A stretch of 6,935 nt of DNA from Candidatus Iainarchaeum sp. (GTDB taxonomy: Archaea > Iainarchaeota > Iainarchaeia > Iainarchaeales > CSSED10-239). Shown here piece after piece: positions 1 through 5,881 of this stretch. Numbering within the stretch: the stretch's first letter is position 1; the number at the start of each line of letters is the position of its first letter. The stretch is from contig JAQVTI010000022.1 in the NCBI GenBank assembly GCA_028700115.1, positions 1-6,935 of the forward strand, read 5' to 3'. Both the position numbers and the translations under genes were made by a program. The notes beneath the pieces are model-generated. The model was given only the letters and a program-made list of their open reading frames with translations, had not been told where the DNA came from and ran no database searches.

Positions 1-82
1 AAAAAGAAAGTAAGACTTGGAAGAAATATTCTGTGGTTTAAAGAAAATGATTAAGATGAAAAGAAAGATGTTTTTGTTGTTT

Positions 83-652
83 TTAAATTAAATTATTAAT
101 CTGCTCTTTTATTTTAATGATGGTATCAAAAAATTCGTAACCACTAAAAATTATTTTTTCACCGGGCTTAAATTTTTTTAATATTTTATTTTTTATACAT
201 ACCCCCTTTGCTGTGTGTTGCTTGTGAGTTATAGAGACCCTTATATTTTTTAATTCTCCAAAAATGTCATAACATACTTCGTCTTTTTTTAAATTCTTAA
301 TGTTTGCAATCTTTTGACGATATTTATCCTCCCATAAATTATATATTTGTGTTAAAATTATATTTGTTAGAATTTGGTGTCCACCAGATTCAAATTTTTT
401 ATATATTTCATCAGTAGTTTCAGAAGCAATTAATGGGAGTCCTTCACACACATAATAAATAGGAATCGGATTTTCACAATTTGGCCATATTTTTTTTATT
501 ATCCAAGGATATTTTACTGGTTTTACAAAATCTAAATATACATTTGTTGCTGAAATATAATTTAAATATAATTTAAGTAACTCATCAATTTCTAATAGGA
601 ATTCTGATTTAATCATTGATAATTGTCTTTCAGCAGACATATTTTCACACAT
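83..652 (-). CDS. Hypothetical protein with C-terminal HEPN-like Rx4H signature; candidate partner or antitoxin of the upstream RnlA-like::RNase HIII gene
   Basis: 189-codon ORF starting 9 nt after the stop (662-664) of the 598-aa ORF on the same strand, so probably co-transcribed. No clear SD; an alternative ATG lies at 640. The C-terminal half reads ...ILTQIYNLWEDKYRQKI...FGELKNIR138VSITH143KQ (R codon 239-241, H codon 224-226). This is an R-x4-H spacing after helical-looking sequence, as in HEPN RNase active sites. I recognise no other family. Confidence 0.6.
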   Translation of the reverse strand: MCENMSAERQLSMIKSEFLLEIDELLKLYLNYISATNVYLDFVKPVKYPWIIKKIWPNCENPIPIYYVCEGLPLIASETTDEIYKKFESGGHQILTNIILTQIYNLWEDKYRQKIANIKNLKKDEVCYDIFGELKNIRVSITHKQHTAKGVCIKNKILKKFKPGEKIIFSGYEFFDTIIKIKEQINNLI

Positions 653-661
653 TAATAATTT

Positions 662-2458
662 TTATTTATCAATAATCTCTTTCACATTTTTAAAATTCAT
701 TTTAATATAATTATCTAAATCATGATCAGATAATTTAGATTCCTGCTTTAATTGTTTAATAAATTCGATTACATTTTGACCAGCACCCTTAGGTAAAACA
801 CAATCTATATTTTCTCCTAACGCTTTAATTTCATAAAGAAATTGGGCCCTAGCAATTACAGAAGCCACAGCTACTGAAATATTACTCTCGGCCTTTGGAA
901 TCTTTATTAGATGTATTCTTTTGCCTAAGTTCATCAAACTTTTCTCAACTAATCCATTATCTTCAAATTGATCAGCAATTACTGTTTCACAGTTTATATT
1001 CTGTTTAGACAGCTCAGTTAACAAATTTTCTAAAGATCTCGCATGTTCCCAAGCCAATAATTTATTTAAATTTCTTATTTTACTATATAACTCATTATAT
1101 TTTTTAGGTTTTACGGTTACATTTACCCAATAGATTTCTTTTTTAGTTTTTATTAAATCGAATAGTTCTAATATCTTTTTATCGTTTATTTTCTTAGAAT
1201 CTTTAATTCCACTATTAATTAAAAATGTAATGAAATCTTTATCTCCAGGAACATATGCCGCCACAGTAACTAATGGTCCAAAAATATCTCCTTTCCCAGA
1301 TTCATCTATGCCTATTGCACTAAAAGTATCTGCTTGATTTAATTTCTTATTTTCATCAAATTGAATTATATAAACAGATAATAAATCTCTCATTATTTCT
1401 AAAATATTATAAATAATTTTTTCGGCATCTTTAAAATCAATAATCGGTGGCTTTATAGGATCTGAATGAAATAACTCGTTTCTACTTTTTTGCCAAGTAG
1501 GCCACAATAAAGAAAATAATGTTGAATTAGTTCTATTTATCGTAGGAAATATATTTCTTAATCTTTCAATATTATTATTATCTTTTAAATAAGCACCAAT
1601 TTTATTATTTTTTATAGATTCTGAAGACAGATAAAAATCTTCAGAAAGCTCTCCTACATTATACAATAATTTTAATAAAAAACCTTCATACACAATACCT
1701 AATGGTCGCACTATTTGAGCATAATTTAAAATAGAATCTTTTTTATCTGAAACGATTTGGTATATAGATAACATATCTAATAATTCTACCGTATCATTTG
1801 AATATAAAAATTCAATTAATGCTCTTAATTTATATTTCTCTACTAATCGCTCGTGATATTTAAACATTTTCTCTTTAAATTCATCATAATTTATATCTAT
1901 TTCATTATGATTTTCTTCAAAAATTAATTTTAATGTATTATAGTTTTTTTCAGTACGTTTATTTATTATAAAATCCATAACATCTTTCAAATCTTTGCTT
2001 TCCTTTCCTTGGATATTTATAGTCCCATTATTATAAATTGTAATTGTTGTTGTTAAAAATTTATAATTCTTCTGGCCGTTGAATAGTTGTTCTTTAAATT
2101 CTTTAACTTTTAAAAAATCCTCAATTTTTTTTAAAATTAAATTGTCTAATTTAGAATTAAAACTTACAGATATACTTATCATTCTAGTGCCTTTTTCTAT
2201 TTTAATATTATTTTCTTTAAAATTAGATTCTATTTCTAAACGATTATTTTTTATTTGAGAGAAATCAATATTAGAAGTATTATCTTTTTTCGAATAAATA
2301 CGAATATATCCACATATTTCTTTATTTTTATGCACTAAAATTTGAAATCCATTATTTATTGGATTTGATTTTACAATAGTAAATGGCTGTTTTATTTTAC
2401 TTTTAATATAATTTTCGTCAACCTTAAATAGAACATTCATATAATTACACCATTTCAC
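662..2458 (-). CDS. Multidomain nuclease: two TBP-like (RNase HIII N-domain/RnlA NTD-NRD-like) modules + HEPN (Rx4H) domain + RNase HIII-type (RNase HII family) catalytic domain
   Basis: 598-codon ORF with a GTG at 2458; ATG at 2440 (MNVLFK...) is an alternative start. aa ~95-165 contain TITIYNNGTINIQGKES, matching the RNase HIII N-terminal TBP-like motif (Bacillus: ITAYQSGKVLFQGK). aa ~40-70 (GYIRIYSKKDNTSNIDFS) look like a second, more divergent copy. aa ~205-365 contain VRPLGIVYEGFLLK and WQKSR326NELFH331SD (R codon 1481-1483, H codon 1466-1468), an RN-x3-H HEPN motif. aa ~380-575 match RNase HIII throughout: GIDESGKGDIFGPLVTVAAYV, IKDSKK, ADQF, PKAESNISVAVASVIARAQFL, LPKGAG. The putative DEDE tetrad is intact: D385/E386 (1301-1306), D496 (971-973), E524 (887-889). 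Confidence 0.85.
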   Translation of the reverse strand: MKWCNYMNVLFKVDENYIKSKIKQPFTIVKSNPINNGFQILVHKNKEICGYIRIYSKKDNTSNIDFSQIKNNRLEIESNFKENNIKIEKGTRMISISVSFNSKLDNLILKKIEDFLKVKEFKEQLFNGQKNYKFLTTTITIYNNGTINIQGKESKDLKDVMDFIINKRTEKNYNTLKLIFEENHNEIDINYDEFKEKMFKYHERLVEKYKLRALIEFLYSNDTVELLDMLSIYQIVSDKKDSILNYAQIVRPLGIVYEGFLLKLLYNVGELSEDFYLSSESIKNNKIGAYLKDNNNIERLRNIFPTINRTNSTLFSLLWPTWQKSRNELFHSDPIKPPIIDFKDAEKIIYNILEIMRDLLSVYIIQFDENKKLNQADTFSAIGIDESGKGDIFGPLVTVAAYVPGDKDFITFLINSGIKDSKKINDKKILELFDLIKTKKEIYWVNVTVKPKKYNELYSKIRNLNKLLAWEHARSLENLLTELSKQNINCETVIADQFEDNGLVEKSLMNLGKRIHLIKIPKAESNISVAVASVIARAQFLYEIKALGENIDCVLPKGAGQNVIEFIKQLKQESKLSDHDLDNYIKMNFKNVKEIIDK

Positions 2459-2608
2459 AACCTTATAATATATAGTTGCATTAATTATATAAAAGGTTTC
2501 TAGATGATTTGTTCGGCGATTATTTTCTAAAACCTCTTAAATTCTTCCCCAAAGCATAAAATCATAAAAATAAAGAGATTTTTATTTATATTGATCACAT
2601 AATATAGT

Positions 2609-3304
2609 ATGGACTTTGTAAATTTTGAATCAGATATTAATACCATAACCACAACTGCCGGTTATATAGACGCGATAAAAAACGGAATTGTCCCTAAAAT
2701 CTTTAAATATAGACTTACTATAACTGATCATGATGTAATTGGATATATTGAAACAAAAGATAAAATTATTATTCTAGAGATTCAATGTAAAGATCAAAAT
2801 GAATATAATAGCACACAACTTGGAACAATAGACGGCTATAAATCAGAATATGGTTTTTTTACTTCTGGAGGAAATAATTTACCCCAATTTAGAAGAATAC
2901 ACTATACAGAGAACAACGCTTTTTTTGACTGGATAACTGATTACACAAATGTTGAAACTGATGTTAAACCAAGTTCTCCATTAAATCAGATAATTAAATC
3001 ATCAATTCATACAGTATATTGCTTTTCTAATAAATTCAAAAATCAAAAAACCATACTTGTTTTTCCTATTATTTGTATTTCTAATCAAAAAATAAATTCA
3101 GCAGTATATGTAACAAAATTAAAATACGAACAATTTACAAATCCCGCATTTAAGCGTTGGATTACAGAAACTTATAAAATAAAAGAATCTGAAATTAATT
3201 TTAATGGACAGATTCCTATAATTTTATGTAATAAAGAAGGATTAATTAAAATATTAGAAGACATAAAATGCTATAAAGATAAAATACGATTAGCATTAGA
3301 TTAA
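2609..3304 (+). CDS. Hypothetical protein (orphan, no family recognised)
   Basis: 231-codon ORF divergent from the 598-aa gene across a 150-bp AT-rich spacer. No SD precedes the only N-terminal ATG (cacataatatagtATG). The alternating hydrophobic strands DHD42VIGYIETKDKIIILE57IQ59CK61 are faintly reminiscent of a restriction-endonuclease-like core but are not canonical. Coding status rests on ORF length and the absence of competing ORFs. Confidence 0.5.
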   Translation: MDFVNFESDINTITTTAGYIDAIKNGIVPKIFKYRLTITDHDVIGYIETKDKIIILEIQCKDQNEYNSTQLGTIDGYKSEYGFFTSGGNNLPQFRRIHYTENNAFFDWITDYTNVETDVKPSSPLNQIIKSSIHTVYCFSNKFKNQKTILVFPIICISNQKINSAVYVTKLKYEQFTNPAFKRWITETYKIKESEINFNGQIPIILCNKEGLIKILEDIKCYKDKIRLALD

Positions 3305-3500
3305 TAAATAAGGAAACACTATTTAATTTAATTAGCATGTCGTTTGGCTGGTTTTTTGTAAATCCTCAACTTTTTCTTAAATTTTAACAATCTCACAAAT
3401 TTTGAGAGGTTTAAATTTGTTTTGTTGCAGTTATTTATATAATAGTTTAAAAATATATAACCAGTAATTTACTGAAAGTACATTAAAAGAAAGAAGAAAT

Positions 3501-4259
3501 ATGTCAGTTAAAGATTATATGCAAGTTTGTATTAATGGTCATAAGATAAATGGAATGACTTCCCGCCATCCCGAAAATAATAAAGATTTTTGCCCTAAAT
3601 GCGGTGCAAAAACAATTGACTCCTGTCCAAGGTGTGGTGCATTAATTGATGGAGATATAATTGTTAGTGCTGCACATTTCCCTAAATCAGTTTATGATTA
3701 TTGCGGAGAATGTGGTAAACCATTTCCCTGGGCAAAAAACAAAGTGCAAATAAATAGTATAGATAATACAAAAAAGGGAATGACTATAAATCTTAGAAAA
3801 CAACAAGACGAATTATCAAAATACAATACAATTTATGATCAATTAGAAATACATCCAGAAATAAAAAATGTTTCTGAATCTTTATTTAAAACGGAACATT
3901 ATTCTGAAGCAATAGAAGCTTCATTTAAGCAAATTATCTTATTAATTAAAGAAAAAACTAATTACCCAAAAGATAAAAATAATGAATCCGAATTAGATGG
4001 GGCAAAATTAATGCGCGAAGTTTTTAATTTATCTAAAAAAACTCCTCTATTAAAACTTAATAGTCTTGTAACTCAAACAGACATAAATGAACAAGAAGGA
4101 TTTATGAATATTTTCGTTGGAGCAGTCCAAGGAATAAGAAACCCAAAAGCACACGCTAATTTAAATTTAAAAGATCCTCAAAAAGCAATCGAATATATTC
4201 TATTTGCCAGTTTACTTGCAAGAAAAATTGATGAATCAAAATTAAATAAAAAAGAGTAA
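3501..4259 (+). CDS. Zinc-ribbon (DUF2321-like) + HEPN (TIGR02391/Ymh-type) protein
   Basis: 252-codon ORF. The N-terminus reads C10-INGH...FC31PKC34GAKTIDSC42PRC45GALIDG...YC68GEC71GKPFPW. These paired CxxC knuckles follow the pattern I recall for DUF2321. The C-terminus reads EAIEASFKQI...FMNIFVGAVQGIR213NPKAH218 (R codon 4137-4139, H codon 4152-4154), the RNPxAH signature of the Ymh/TIGR02391 HEPN family. Only a purine-rich weak RBS (agaaagaagaaatATG). Confidence 0.8.
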   Translation: MSVKDYMQVCINGHKINGMTSRHPENNKDFCPKCGAKTIDSCPRCGALIDGDIIVSAAHFPKSVYDYCGECGKPFPWAKNKVQINSIDNTKKGMTINLRKQQDELSKYNTIYDQLEIHPEIKNVSESLFKTEHYSEAIEASFKQIILLIKEKTNYPKDKNNESELDGAKLMREVFNLSKKTPLLKLNSLVTQTDINEQEGFMNIFVGAVQGIRNPKAHANLNLKDPQKAIEYILFASLLARKIDESKLNKKE

Positions 4260-4325
4260 TAGCACATACTATTAGCAAACCTATAAAGGAAAGAAAATAA
4301 TAAAATAGTAAAAAAATGTAACCAA

Positions 4326-5264
4326 TTATAAAAATCCTTTCAATTCATAAATCTTATATTCTTTATATTCCCAATCTATTTGCTTTTCTGTAAATTTCTC
4401 TCTCCAATAGGTGTGGCTATTTCTAACAGTTGAATCTCCAACCAGTATAGAATTTGTATCTGCTTTACTTTGAATTTTTACAACAATATTCATTGTTTCG
4501 CCTATTAAATCTTTGTGTTGTTTATTTTCACCACCAATTATTATAGATGTAACTTCACCAGAATCTAAACCGATTCTAAACTGGAGTTCTGGATATCCTT
4601 GAGATTTTAAAATTGGATTCATTATTTTTTCTATAAATAATTTCATAGTGCTTGCACAATAAACGGCATTGTCAGTCATACCTTGAAAATTCGGTTCTGG
4701 AAAATAAGCAATAATCCCGTCTCCTAAATATTTTAAAACAAATCCCTGGTAATTAGTAACTATATAATCCATTTCTCTAGAAAAAAGAGATATTAATTTT
4801 ACATTTTTATCAGGAGCCAAATTTTGACTTAATTTTGTAGACCCTTTTAAGTCAATAGATAATATTGTATATTTACGCGTATCATTGTTTAATTCTGATA
4901 AAAAATCTTCTGATTTATCTACGGGATTATAATTTTGAACCTCAATGTTTAGAAAGTGTTTTATATAATCTATTCTAGGTAATAATAATTTTTCTATGTC
5001 GTTTTCTTGTGGAGGATTATATCTTAATGGTAATTTGCCTAGATTTTTCATTAATTTATTATATACTTCTTTTTCAAGTATATGAATTTCATCAAATTTA
5101 TCAAACAAATACCATTCTCCATCAATTAATTTTCGGTCATACCTTTTAGGATCTGGCTCAAATCTAAATGTAACAATACCCGTCTCTTCATCTAAATTTT
5201 CTATGTGCTGTATAAAATCCATCCGGCCTATTTTATCAGATAATGGCATAATATCCCCCCACAT
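4326..5264 (-). CDS. Class III nucleotidyl (adenylate/guanylate/pyrimidine) cyclase-domain protein with unknown ~130-aa N-terminal domain
   Basis: 312-codon ORF. aa ~131-310 carry the class III cyclase motif series. These are YTILSID138LKGST (first metal Asp, 4851-4853), FVLKYLGD182GIIAYF (second metal Asp, 4719-4721), LQFRIGLDSGEVTSIIIGG, and DLIGETMNIVVKIQS (Asn retained; the usual Arg is Lys), then ILVGDST. ATG at 5264 lies 8 nt after the upstream stop. An alternative start is M6 at 5249, preceded by the G-rich TGGGGGGATATT. Confidence 0.8.
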   Translation of the reverse strand: MWGDIMPLSDKIGRMDFIQHIENLDEETGIVTFRFEPDPKRYDRKLIDGEWYLFDKFDEIHILEKEVYNKLMKNLGKLPLRYNPPQENDIEKLLLPRIDYIKHFLNIEVQNYNPVDKSEDFLSELNNDTRKYTILSIDLKGSTKLSQNLAPDKNVKLISLFSREMDYIVTNYQGFVLKYLGDGIIAYFPEPNFQGMTDNAVYCASTMKLFIEKIMNPILKSQGYPELQFRIGLDSGEVTSIIIGGENKQHKDLIGETMNIVVKIQSKADTNSILVGDSTVRNSHTYWREKFTEKQIDWEYKEYKIYELKGFL

Positions 5265-5272
5265 TAATTATC

Positions 5273-5551
5273 TTAATGATTATCTCCTCGTTGCAATTTA
5301 AGAATAAATTCCCTGTTTCTTTCTATTCTTTCTTCAATTTCTTTAAAATCTTTCTCTTTTAGATTAAAAAATTCATCTAAAGAAGAACCTAAATCACTAG
5401 TACTTTTTATATTTAATTTTATTGCGTCAAACCTTGGTTTTGAAGAATCTAAATAACGCTGTAATCGTTTATTTTCCTCATGTAGATCTTTAATCATATA
5501 ATTAACACTATTAAATCTGAATGTGTTATTTTTAAATATATTAAAATCCAT
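5273..5551 (-). CDS. Small (92-aa) predicted helical/coiled-coil protein, translationally coupled to the cyclase
   Basis: Listed as a 137-aa ORF (5273..5686). The internal ATG at 5551 has a good RBS (AAAGGTGAAATTatg), whereas the longer form would overlap the HNH gene by 46 nt and has no RBS. The sequence is charged and heptad-like (EENKRLQRYLD..., KEKDFKEIEERIERNREFILKLQ). No family recognised. Confidence 0.55.
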   Translation of the reverse strand: MDFNIFKNNTFRFNSVNYMIKDLHEENKRLQRYLDSSKPRFDAIKLNIKSTSDLGSSLDEFFNLKEKDFKEIEERIERNREFILKLQRGDNH

Positions 5552-5640
5552 AATTTCACCTTTAATAAATACCTTTAGTTTTTCAAGTTTATATAGCTTT
5601 CTGGAGTAAATGTCCGGTAATAAACATAAGAATTGGAAAC

Positions 5641-5868
5641 CTAATGGTTTCCAAAACTGTGTGTTCTTTTGTGGCATTCTTGACAAAGAATTTTACAATT
5701 CTCTAACTTATCTGATCCGCCATCAGAAACTGCTTTTATATGGTGTGCTTCCCAACCATACTCACTTTCTTTGCCACGACTTTCCCATAAAAGTTGTTTC
5801 TTACATTTTTCACATTTCCCATCAGCTCTATCCCAAGCCAGTTTTATTGTTGTTTCATCAAATGACAT
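5641..5868 (-). CDS. Mini HNH endonuclease (75 aa)
   Basis: The sequence is GKC-EKC...GWEAHHIKAVSDGGSDKLENCKILCQECHKRTH. It has a CxxC...CxxC zinc knuckle pair and an H-N-H core (HH...N...H). The ORF track starts at GTG 5877. ATG at 5868 is better spaced from the GGAG (taGGAGtgtgaagaatATG) that overlaps the upstream stop. Confidence 0.8.
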   Translation of the reverse strand: MSFDETTIKLAWDRADGKCEKCKKQLLWESRGKESEYGWEAHHIKAVSDGGSDKLENCKILCQECHKRTHSFGNH

Positions 5869-5881
5869 ATTCTTCACACTC

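Noticed and set aside
1-54. Open frame running in from the left edge on the plus strand (KKKVRLGRNILWFKEND*)
   Set aside because: Only 17 codons are visible, with no motif and a lysine-rich translation expected by chance in A-rich sequence. A CDS call cannot be supported.
662-2458. Housekeeping RNase HIII (rnhC) annotation
   Set aside because: The catalytic and N-terminal motifs fit RNase HIII. However, the protein is about twice the normal length, with a ~200-aa Rx4H helical insert and an extra N-terminal module. It also sits among toxin-like genes, so a plain rnhC label would hide the unusual architecture.
2598-2605. -10-like hexamers (CATAAT/TAATAT) and other sigma-70-like promoter matches in the intergenic regions (also 6361-6390 TATACT/TTTATT upstream of the small peptide)
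   Set aside because: At this A+T content, TATAAT-like and TTGACA-like hexamers occur everywhere, and none has a convincing -35/-10 pair with extended TG. They are mentioned only as hypotheses and not annotated as features.
3391-3407. Small hairpin (tctca-caaattt-tgaga) followed by T-rich sequence as a terminator for the 231-aa gene
   Set aside because: It has only a 5-bp stem, lies ~90 nt past the stop and has an interrupted T-tract. That is too weak to call.
5552-5686. N-terminal 45-codon extension of the 137-aa ORF (start at 5686)
   Set aside because: It would overlap the HNH coding region by 46 nt and has no RBS. The internal ATG at 5551 has AAAGGTGA at proper spacing, so the short 92-aa form was called instead.
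4326-5686. Canonical Pycsar system call
   Set aside because: The cyclase motifs are present, but no adjacent protein has the size or motifs of a cyclic-nucleotide-binding effector (TM or TIR fused). Calling it Pycsar would be unsupported, so it is reported as an effector-less cyclase module instead.
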